Below are positions 30,792 to 39,102 of a stretch of 64,000 nt of DNA, in pieces. The notes beneath the pieces are model-generated. The model ran no database searches. It saw only the letters and a list, made by a program, of their open reading frames with translations, and was not told the origin of the DNA. Every line of letters starts with the position of its first letter. Position 1 is the first letter of the stretch. The translations under genes were made by a program, and so were the position numbers. This DNA comes from an uncultured delta proteobacterium (GTDB taxonomy: Bacteria; Myxococcota_A; Polyangia; Polyangiales; JAFGIB01), in the NCBI GenBank assembly GCA_963778655.1, contig CAVZVA010000010.1:192001-256000 (forward strand), written 5' to 3'.

Positions 30792-31478
30792 ATGGGTACG
30801 CCGTCGCGGGTCAGAAAGAGCGTCGTCATCGAGCCGCGCGATCAGAGCCGGATTGGCGCGGCGCTCGAACGTTGGGCCTCGACCGGCGACTTCGTCGCGT
30901 TGCGGACGCGGGCCTTCGTCTACTTGCTCTGGGACGGCGCCCTGCGCACCAAGGCGGCCGTTTGGCTCAATGCCGAGGAGGTGGTCAAGGGCCCCGCCGC
31001 CGGACGCGTCCACGTGGTCCAGGAGGCGGTCGAGCGGGCCTGCGAAGGCAACAACTACCGCGAGAGGCGATTTCTGCTCAGCGACCGGACGCGGGACGCG
31101 ACCGCGGGCTACCTGATGGCGGCGCGTGCCGACGGCTGGCTGGCCAAGGGGGAGCGCCTGGTCGGGCCGCTGTGGATCTCGATGCACCACCACGGCAGCC
31201 AGCAGCGCATGTCCCAGCGGACGGCCGTGCAGGCGTGGCACACGTTCATCGGCGGACTGAGCCTGTCGCGCGACTACCAGCTCGACGATCTGGTCTTCAC
31301 CGGGCGCGTGGCGTTCTTGCAGGCGGCGAAGGGCAGCACCGACGTTCTGTCCGAGCACGCCGGCGTCTCGCCTGAGTGGGCGGGTCGCTACCGCGATCAC
31401 CTGGTCGAAGCGTCCTCGAGCACGGCTCGGGAGGTCATGGCGGAGCTCAACAAGCGGCCGCGACGCAAGCCAGGTTAA
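30792..31478 (+). CDS. Stand-alone tyrosine-recombinase-like catalytic domain with altered active site
   Basis: RTRAFVYLLWDGALR..WLNAEEV (box I), PLWIS..RMSQR; LDDLVFT replaces HxLRH; AGVS..RY replaces LGH..Y. Confidence 0.65.
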   Translation: MGTPSRVRKSVVIEPRDQSRIGAALERWASTGDFVALRTRAFVYLLWDGALRTKAAVWLNAEEVVKGPAAGRVHVVQEAVERACEGNNYRERRFLLSDRTRDATAGYLMAARADGWLAKGERLVGPLWISMHHHGSQQRMSQRTAVQAWHTFIGGLSLSRDYQLDDLVFTGRVAFLQAAKGSTDVLSEHAGVSPEWAGRYRDHLVEASSSTAREVMAELNKRPRRKPG

Positions 31479-31547
31479 AAGGCTCGGCGGCGGCGGCACC
31501 TCGGCCAAAGCAACTCTCGGAGCTCAAAAGGCGGGCATCCTTCAGGA

Positions 31548-31688
31548 TCATGCGCAGCGCACGCGCAGGACTCCGGCGCCTTCGGCAGCCTCGATGTCCT
31601 CCCACTTGAGCGCGGTCGCCTCGCCCCAACGCAAGCCCGTCAGTACGAGCGTTGCGATGAGCGCGAAGTGCTCGGGGTAGAGCTCACG
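31548..31688 (-). pseudogene. Internal fragment of a third tyrosine integrase
   Basis: Manual translation RELYPEHFALIATLVLTGLRWGEATALKWEDIEAAEGAGVLRVR. Confidence 0.8.
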
Positions 31689-31926
31689 CCAACAATTGCA
31701 GATAACCTCGACGGGCTACGCGCCTTTCAGAGCCGGGCCAAACGCTGGCTGCGAGACTCCGACCCTTACAAGCCCGTACCCGAGGGATTCTCGATGCGGC
31801 TTTTCGTCGCGTGCGACCGCACTGAGAGTCCCTCCTCTCGGGTTTAGTGGGCGTTGGAAGGCTCCACGACGCGCGCGCCCGCTAGCCGCGCCGCGCAGTT
31901 GCGGGGGCGGCGCGGACTGTCCCAGC

Positions 31927-31946
31927 GTCCCCACCTCCGTCCCCAC
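31927..31946. repeat. Putative integrase arm-type sites (GTCCCCAC x2, 12-bp period)
   Basis: GTCCCCACctccGTCCCCAC, same as 491-510. Confidence 0.65.
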
Positions 31947-32042
31947 TTCGGCGGCAACGACACGGGACGGCATGCAACGCCCGGACGCGTTAAGGTCCCG
32001 TTATCGTTGAATTTCGTGAATGGTCTCGCGGGGGGGCAGTGG

Positions 32043-32104
<62 letters not shown>

Positions 32105-32522
32105 GAGCGGGGCGCTGTCAAGGCGGGCGGTGGGCAGCGGATGGGCCGGGGGTGGGGGCGAACCGAGGGGGGCGGGCGCGCTGGTTGGCCGCGCCACCGG
32201 CGGGCGCAAAATCGGATGCTCGCGGGGCGGCGATCAATCGGGGAGCGTCGAGACAGGCCGTTGGGCTTGCGCCGCTTTGATCCGGCGCGGGCATCGAAAC
32301 ACTGCCTGGAACGTCGGCGCCTGCCGCACCTCATCGCGCAGCGCCGACGACGTGGGCCTTGCGCGCGTGCCGGCCGCAAGGCTGCAGACGCAAGCCTGCA
32401 TGCGCCGGCGTCGGGGTCGCGTTGTGTGCCAATCAAGGCGGCGGCCACGAGGTCGGCGACCCCAACGTAAACGCAGCTTGGGACACGCTGTCGCGTTTTA
32501 CGCTACCCTGGCGCCCGCATCC

Positions 32523-32993
32523 ATGGCGCGCCCGAAATCCACCAAGCCCAAGGCCAAATCGCGACCAAGGCCGCCGCTCGAGCTGGGCCCGCTCGGCTCG
32601 CTGGTCGGCTTCCATCTCCGCCTCGCGCAGGTCGCGGTCTACGACGACTTCATGCGCGGTGCGCCGATACGCGGGCTTACACCGGGCCAGCTCGCGATCC
32701 TGGTGCTGGTGGACTCGAACCCTGGCATCACGCAGCAGCGCCTGAGCGACGGCATCCGCGTGGAGAAGTCCACGCTGGTGGTGCGCCTGCACCGGCTGGC
32801 GGATCGCGGGCTGCTGCAGCGCGTGCGCTCGCAGCAAGACCGGCGTCAGAACGCGCTGGTGCTGACCAAGAAAGGCCACGCCGCGGTGCGCTCGATGCTC
32901 GCGTTCGTGGCTCGACACGAGCGCAAGCTCACGGCCAGGCTATCCAGCCAGGAGCGGGCGCAGCTGATCGGCATGCTGGTTCGCATTCGCTGA
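32523..32993 (+). CDS. MarR-family transcriptional regulator
   Basis: LTPGQLAILVLV..NPGITQ..L..GLLQR..DRR..L.LT.KG. Confidence 0.92.
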   Translation: MARPKSTKPKAKSRPRPPLELGPLGSLVGFHLRLAQVAVYDDFMRGAPIRGLTPGQLAILVLVDSNPGITQQRLSDGIRVEKSTLVVRLHRLADRGLLQRVRSQQDRRQNALVLTKKGHAAVRSMLAFVARHERKLTARLSSQERAQLIGMLVRIR

Positions 32994-33092
32994 GCGCCCG
33001 GCGACAGCCCGCGGCGTGCGGCGCGCAAGACGCCGGGCGCCCGCTCGATCCCTGGGCTGCGTCCGCGCGTGCCGACCTTCGCGGCGCGCCGA

Positions 33093-34304
33093 TCAGCGGC
33101 AGACGTCGACGCAGTTGTTGACGCGACACTGGTCGGCGACGTACGCGCGACCGAGCGGGTTATTGGTGCTCATCGCTGCCGCGTTGACGGCGAACACGTC
33201 GCCCGGGAGCGCGCCGGCCGCGCTTTCGATCTCGTGCACGCACGGCCCCTGCGGTCCTGTCGTGCCGTACCCGCAGGTGCCGGTCGTGTCGTTGCCGCAG
33301 TAGCACGGGCCGCCCACGCAGTTGTTCGCGCGGGAGCATATCAGCACGGCGTTGCACTTCGAGTCGTCGTTCTGATTGCTGTTGTCCCGGCACGCGAGGT
33401 ACTCGCTGGTACAGCTCAAGCACGTACACATCTCGCAGTCGTCCGCCGCAAAGTTCTCCAGGCAGTGCACCTGGTCCGGGGTCATCGTCAGCTTGCACTG
33501 CGAATCGCAGCCCATGGTGCCGTCGCAGGCCTCGCCGGTCTCCTTGACCCCGTTGCCGCACACCGGCGTGCAGTCGGTGTCGGTGTTGGCGTTGGCGCCT
33601 TTGGGACAGCACATGTCACCGCTGGCAACACTGGTGATTTCGGTGTGCTCGCACTGCGCGTTGCAGTTGCTCGCGCTGCCCATCAGCGTGTCCGTGGTGC
33701 ACGGGTCGTTGTCGTTGCAGTCCGCCTCGGTCGGGCAGGGCGTCGAGGAGCCGTCTTCACAGGTCTCGCCCATGTCGCTCTGCACCACGCCGTCGCCGCA
33801 GCTGCCCGAGCAATCGCTGTCGGTGTCGTGCGTGCAAGTTCCCGGACAGCAACCGTCGCCGCTCATGCAGCTCACCTGCAGCAGCACGCACTCGGCCTGA
33901 CAGCCGCTGCCGTTGAGCGCGCGCGGCGTGCAAGGTCCGAGCGCGTCGCAACTGGTCGGGCAGGCGCCAGGCATGCCGGGAAGGATGCCGATGTCGCACT
34001 TCTCGCTGCCGGTGACCTGACCGTCGCCGCAACGGGTCTGGCTCGGAAACTCGTTGGTGCTTCCGCCGTCGTTGTCACTGACACTGCCGCCCGTGCCGCC
34101 GCTCCCGCCAAAACCGCTGACGCCGCCCGTGCCGCCGGTCCCCCCGCTGCCGCCGGTCGCCTGACCGCCGGTGCCGCCCAGGCTGCTCTGGCTCTGGGCC
34201 GGCTTGAGCAGGTGTGGGTTGTACGCGCTGCACGCGCTCAGCACGCAGCACAGGCCAAGCCAGCGCCCGCAGCGCCACTGTTGCTGCCCTCTCACCCGCT
34301 GCAT
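33093..34304 (-). CDS. Cys-rich repeat lipoprotein
   Basis: Lipobox LSAC, Gly-rich linker, CGDG..E.CD repeats, CNDNDPCTTD. Confidence 0.85.
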   Translation of the reverse strand: MQRVRGQQQWRCGRWLGLCCVLSACSAYNPHLLKPAQSQSSLGGTGGQATGGSGGTGGTGGVSGFGGSGGTGGSVSDNDGGSTNEFPSQTRCGDGQVTGSEKCDIGILPGMPGACPTSCDALGPCTPRALNGSGCQAECVLLQVSCMSGDGCCPGTCTHDTDSDCSGSCGDGVVQSDMGETCEDGSSTPCPTEADCNDNDPCTTDTLMGSASNCNAQCEHTEITSVASGDMCCPKGANANTDTDCTPVCGNGVKETGEACDGTMGCDSQCKLTMTPDQVHCLENFAADDCEMCTCLSCTSEYLACRDNSNQNDDSKCNAVLICSRANNCVGGPCYCGNDTTGTCGYGTTGPQGPCVHEIESAAGALPGDVFAVNAAAMSTNNPLGRAYVADQCRVNNCVDVCR

Positions 34305-34637
34305 TGCCGCACGCCTCTGCAGACCCTCACACAGCATAGCCGTGTGTCGGCTCGATGCCCAGTCCCACGTAGGTAACCCGTTGGCTAACAAGACACATGG
34401 TTAGCTCGACTAATGAATGTGCTTGAGCTTGTCGGATAAGTCGGGATCCTCCACGAAGGCGGCCATCTGGGCGCTAGGGGTCCAAAGCCATGGACTGCGG
34501 GTAGCCCATCGCGGGTCGCCGTGTGGGCTGTGCCACCCTTCCGGTACCGGCGGTCAAAGCGCTCGCGCCCGGCCGGAGCCGGTCTGCCGCGCTCCCGATC
34601 GAGGCCGTGAAGCGTGCTGCGCAGCCTGCCGCAGCCC

Positions 34638-36224
34638 TCACTGCGGGCGGATGCCGTCGGCGGGCAGCAAGCGCGCCGCCCAGTAGCTCGGGATCAGCGT
34701 GGCCGTGACGCAGATCGACAGCGCGATCGCGATCGTAAACAGGAACTCGCTCGGGCTCACGCGCACCGGCAGGTGGTTGATCAGATACACCTTGGGATCG
34801 AGCGGAAAGCGAAAGACGCTCAGGTACGCGCACACCACGCCGCCCAGTACCAGCCCGACCAGCGTGCCCACCACGCCGATCGCGGCGCCCTGGATCATGA
34901 ACATCTGCAGCACCGCGCTGTCCTTGGCGCCCATGGCCTTGAGAATCGCCACCTCGCGCCGCTTCTCCAGCACGATCATGATGAGCGTGGCGATCACGTT
35001 GAACGCAGCCACCAAGATGATGGTGGCGATCACCAAGCTCAGCATCACCTTCTGCACCTCGAGCGCGGTGAACAGGTTGTGGTTGAGCTCCTTCCAATCC
35101 ATGGTGTGGAAGGGGCCGCCGCCCAGCTCGCGCTCCAAGCGCAGCGCCACCTGGCTCGCCTTGTCGATGTCCTTGAGCCGGATCTCGACGCCGACCACGG
35201 TGTCGCCCTGGTCCTGGAAGATCTGCGCTTCGTACAGGTCCATATAGACCAGCCGGCTGTCGTACTCCTGAAAGCCGGCCTGGAAGATCCCGATCACGCG
35301 GAAGTCGCGCGAGGTCGGCTTGCCGCCGTCGGCCTTCCACAATGCGGTGTCCAGACCGGTGAGTGGCGAGACGATCTTGACCCGATCGCCCACCTTGATG
35401 CCGAGGCTTTGGGCCAGGGTCACGCCCACCACCACGCCGGGCAGCTCGTGCTCGGGCTCGCTCGGCGTCTCCGGCGCGCTCTGCTCGAGCAGCCGCGCTT
35501 CTTCCTCGTCGCTCGGCAGCGCGCCGAGCTCGCCCTGCGCCAACGCCGCCTGCGCCTCGGCCGGCGTCGGCACGTGAACCGCCGGCGCGCCGCCACCGCC
35601 ACCGCCGGCCACCGCCGCGGCCGCGGTCCCGGCCGGGCCGCCGCTGCTTGCGGCTCGCGGAGCGGGCCCGGCATCGCCCGGCGGCGGACCCGCGTCGGCC
35701 GCGCCCGCGGCGAGCTTGCTCAGGTACGCGTCGAGGTCCTGATCCTCGCCGGGCCCGACCTGCGCCTCTAGGTCCTGGGCCCGGGTGGCTGGCCGCGCGC
35801 CGGGCAGGCGCAGGCCTTTGAGCGAGCCGGCCACCAGCTGGCTGGGCAGGTCGAGCACCCCGCGCATCTGCTGCGGGTCCACGCCCTTGATCAACACGCC
35901 GCTGAGACGGTCGCCCTTGGCGAGCATCATCTCGTTGATGATGAAAGGTGCGGCGCCCACGACCTCGGGCATCTTGCGCGCACGCGCCACCACGTCTCGG
36001 TACTCGTCGAAGTCGAGCCCGTACTTGAGCACCAGCACGTGGGCATTGACCCCCAGCACCTTGTTGCGGAACTCCTCTTGAAAGCCGGAGGTAATGGAGA
36101 CGACGGATAAAAGCGCCGCCACGCCCAGCGCCACGCCCGTCACGGCGATCACGGAGATCACCGAGACAGTGGCCCGCTTCTTGGAGCGCAGGTAGCGCAG
36201 GCCGACGTCGAACGCGTAGGACAT
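34638..36224 (-). CDS. LolC/E-type ABC transporter permease
   Basis: ISVIAVTGVALGVAAL..SGF, LVAAFNVIATL..EKRREVAILKAMGA, KVYLINHLPV. Confidence 0.92.
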   Translation of the reverse strand: MSYAFDVGLRYLRSKKRATVSVISVIAVTGVALGVAALLSVVSITSGFQEEFRNKVLGVNAHVLVLKYGLDFDEYRDVVARARKMPEVVGAAPFIINEMMLAKGDRLSGVLIKGVDPQQMRGVLDLPSQLVAGSLKGLRLPGARPATRAQDLEAQVGPGEDQDLDAYLSKLAAGAADAGPPPGDAGPAPRAASSGGPAGTAAAAVAGGGGGGAPAVHVPTPAEAQAALAQGELGALPSDEEEARLLEQSAPETPSEPEHELPGVVVGVTLAQSLGIKVGDRVKIVSPLTGLDTALWKADGGKPTSRDFRVIGIFQAGFQEYDSRLVYMDLYEAQIFQDQGDTVVGVEIRLKDIDKASQVALRLERELGGGPFHTMDWKELNHNLFTALEVQKVMLSLVIATIILVAAFNVIATLIMIVLEKRREVAILKAMGAKDSAVLQMFMIQGAAIGVVGTLVGLVLGGVVCAYLSVFRFPLDPKVYLINHLPVRVSPSEFLFTIAIALSICVTATLIPSYWAARLLPADGIRPQ

Positions 36225-36318
36225 GCGCGCCCTGTAACACGGCCGTCCCAGCGCAGCCAGCGGCGGCGTCGCGTGCCTGAAGCTGGCCGCGGCTACCCCC
36301 CGACGCTATGCTTCCTAC

Positions 36319-38070
36319 ATGGGTCTTCGCTTGCTTCGCGGGCAGCCTGAGGCTGCGCTGGCGGTGCTGGCAGCGCTCGGCTGTGGCTGTGCGGCGAGCC
36401 AGAGCCCCGCCAACCCCCAGAGCGCCCCCGCGGGCACGGAGTTCAGCTCACCGCGCGCGAGCGGGCCCGCGCCGGGAAGCGCCCAGCTCACGCTGAAGAC
36501 CGACACGCCGGTGCGGCTCGGTTTCAAGGAGCAGAGCACGATCGACGTGCTGCTCACCAATGCCGACGACACGCCGGTCACCGGCGGCCACGTCAGCTTC
36601 GCGCTGGTCGGCCGCGCGCAGGACTCGAGCCTGGCGAAGCTCGACGCCGACGTGGACGAGAACGGCATCGCCGAAAACACCCTGATCGCCGGCAAGATGA
36701 CGGCCACCTTCCGCGTGCGCATCTCCGCGCCGGGCGCCTACGACACCTTCGTCGACGTCGCGGTCAGCGACGCCGGCTTCGGCACGCTGAGCGTCGACGC
36801 GCCCTATACTGGCCAGCGCCCGGTGGCCCAGCGCATCGTCTTCGCCCAGGCCAACATGCGCTGCATGCAATCGGCGCGCATGGCCGGCGACCCGATGGTC
36901 GCGCTCAGCGGCAGCGACGCGGTGGCGCGCTTCCTGGCGCTGCCCGCGGCCGTGAGCTACGCGGTCACGGTCGAGGCGCAGAGCAAGGACGGCACGGTGG
37001 TGGCCCGCGGCTGCACCGATCAGGTGATGGTGAAGGCCGACAGCGAGGTGATGGTCAGCATCGATTACAAGGACGAGCCGCTGCAGCTCTCCGGGCAGTA
37101 CGCGCTGCAGGCGGACCTCGACTCGAGCGCGCCGGCCATCACGCTCTCGAACACGCTGCGCAGCGCCGCCGAGTCGGCGGTCAACAACGACGCGCAGGGT
37201 CAGCCCGCGCCCACCGACGCCGAGGGCCGCTTCCTGCTGGACTCGCTCGACGGCACGCTGCGCAGCGACGCCTACGCCTCGCTGCCGGGCATCGCCGCGC
37301 TGACCACGGCGCTGTCGCAGGCGCGCATGGACGCCTCCAACGCCGCGACAACCTCGCCCGAGCACTCGCTGCAAGCGCTGCTCGCGGTCAACGGCGAAGG
37401 GCCGCTGTCGGCGGCGGCGCGCATGTCCGAGCTCACCGACCGCAGTCTGAGCACCACCCACCTGGTGGCCACGGTGACGCTTTCGGGCAAGGACAGCGCG
37501 AACCCGCTGAGCTGGCGCGCGCAGCGCATCGACGCCTCGCCCATCGCCACCGGCGCCGGTGCGCCCTCGGTGGACCTGTCGGCGCTGCCGCAGAGCGCGG
37601 TCACCGACGCGAGCTTCATGTCCGACAGCGACTCGATCGAGCTGAGCTCGGTGCGCTTCGACGCGCAGCTCGGCGCGCTTTCGGTGCAGGCCTTGAACAA
37701 AGTGGTCTCCTCGGACAAGGGTGGCGACGGCGACGAGATTCGCGCCATGGTCGGCTGCGCCACGCTCTCGGAATGGCTCGGGGGGCAGAGCTACGGCCAG
37801 GCGGGCGCCTGCGACGCCGACTGCGTGCAGGCGGCGTGCGACCGCGCGATCGCACGTCTGGTCGGCGCGGCCCAGACGGCGCTCGGCGCGCTCGACGACA
37901 CGCGCCCCACGCTCACCCTGAGCGGAGAGCTCTCGCTGAGCGACGAAAATGGCGACCTGGTGCCGGAACGGTTGAGCGCGCAGATGCTGACCGGGCAGTG
38001 GGATCCGGCGCCCACCGCGAGCCAGGGCGATGCGGTGTCGGGCGCGGCGGACGCCACCGCGACGCCCTGA
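36319..38070 (+). CDS. Hypothetical lipoprotein with Ig-like N-terminal region
   Basis: Signal ending LGCGC, beta-rich N-terminus, strong GC3 codon bias. Confidence 0.75.
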   Translation: MGLRLLRGQPEAALAVLAALGCGCAASQSPANPQSAPAGTEFSSPRASGPAPGSAQLTLKTDTPVRLGFKEQSTIDVLLTNADDTPVTGGHVSFALVGRAQDSSLAKLDADVDENGIAENTLIAGKMTATFRVRISAPGAYDTFVDVAVSDAGFGTLSVDAPYTGQRPVAQRIVFAQANMRCMQSARMAGDPMVALSGSDAVARFLALPAAVSYAVTVEAQSKDGTVVARGCTDQVMVKADSEVMVSIDYKDEPLQLSGQYALQADLDSSAPAITLSNTLRSAAESAVNNDAQGQPAPTDAEGRFLLDSLDGTLRSDAYASLPGIAALTTALSQARMDASNAATTSPEHSLQALLAVNGEGPLSAAARMSELTDRSLSTTHLVATVTLSGKDSANPLSWRAQRIDASPIATGAGAPSVDLSALPQSAVTDASFMSDSDSIELSSVRFDAQLGALSVQALNKVVSSDKGGDGDEIRAMVGCATLSEWLGGQSYGQAGACDADCVQAACDRAIARLVGAAQTALGALDDTRPTLTLSGELSLSDENGDLVPERLSAQMLTGQWDPAPTASQGDAVSGAADATATP

Positions 38071-38187
38071 CGCGGCTCTCATGAGCCGCCCCGGGCCTGA
38101 CGGGGACGGAAAGCCGGCAAGCACGGCTACATTCCTTCTTCCCTACTGCCCGTCTTCCTGTGACTCTCCCGGCAGAGCGGGCGAGCC

Positions 38188-38655
38188 ATGGCCGGACAGC
38201 GTTACAGATGGGAGGCGGTGCAGAGCTTGCGGCAAAGCGAGCGCGCCGGCGCCCAGCGCGGCCTGGCGCAAGCCCGCGCCGACGAGCAGCGCGCCGCCGC
38301 CGAGCTCGCAGAGCTGGAGCACGCGCTGCACGCGCACCTCGCGAGCGCGCCGCACGTGCAGCCGGCGAGCCAGCAACGGCTGAGCGCGCGCGAGCTGCAA
38401 CGCGAGGCGGCCTTTGCACGGCGGCACGCCGAGCGCGCGCGGCAGCTGCGCGAGCACCTGGCGCAGGCCCACGACCGCGTGCAGACCGCGCAAGCCACGA
38501 GCCAGCACGCGCAAGCCGCGCTCGCGCAGGCGCGCGCGGGCGAGCACGTGGTCGAGCGCGACCGCGAGCGCTGGCAGAGCGAGCGCCGTCGCGAGCGCGA
38601 GCAGGACGAGCAGGGCGAGCAGGACGAGCGCACGCGCGTGCGCAGCGGTTCGTAG
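38188..38655 (+). CDS. Coiled-coil protein, FliJ/YscO-like
   Basis: YRWEAVQSLR N-terminus, all-helical, E-rich C-terminus; 155 aa. Confidence 0.55.
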   Translation: MAGQRYRWEAVQSLRQSERAGAQRGLAQARADEQRAAAELAELEHALHAHLASAPHVQPASQQRLSARELQREAAFARRHAERARQLREHLAQAHDRVQTAQATSQHAQAALAQARAGEHVVERDRERWQSERRREREQDEQGEQDERTRVRSGS

Positions 38656-38690
38656 CCCGGTCCGGGCTGCGAGCCGCCGCGCTCGCTGCT

Positions 38691-39004
38691 CTTGTTACCG
38701 GGAGGATCACGCGACCCTCCCGCCCCACCGGCCAAGCCGTTGGGCCCCCTCCCTCCCGCGAGGGTCGCTGCGCTTCCGCGTGGCCCCAACCACGCTTGTT
38801 ACCGCGAGGGTCACGCGACCCTCCCGCCCCACCGGCCAAGCCGTTGGGGCCCCTCCCTCCCGCGAGGGTCGCTGCGCTTCCGCGTGGCCCCAACCACGCT
38901 TGTTACCGCGAGGGTCACGCGACCCTCCCGCCCCACCGGCCAAGCCGTTGGGGCCCCACCTTCCCGCGAGGGTCGCTGCGCTTCCGCGTGGCCCCAACCA
39001 CGCT
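38691..39004. repeat. Three tandem 104-bp palindrome-containing (REP-like) units
   Basis: Units start at 38691, 38795 and 38899 (CTTGTTACCG...); hairpin GAGGGTC-ACGC-GACCCTC. Confidence 0.93.
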
Positions 39005-39102
39005 CAGTCGTGCGAATCGATGCGTTCGAGGCCGCTCGCGCAGGCGAGCTGGACGGTCCCGCCAACTTGCGTCGCGGGGGCGTCTTACCTAGTCTGACGG
39101 CG

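Noticed and set aside
38691..39004. CRISPR array or coding repeat in the transglycosylase N-terminus
   Set aside because: Units are near-identical over their whole 104 bp with no spacers, and 104 is not a multiple of 3; the gene more plausibly starts at 39103
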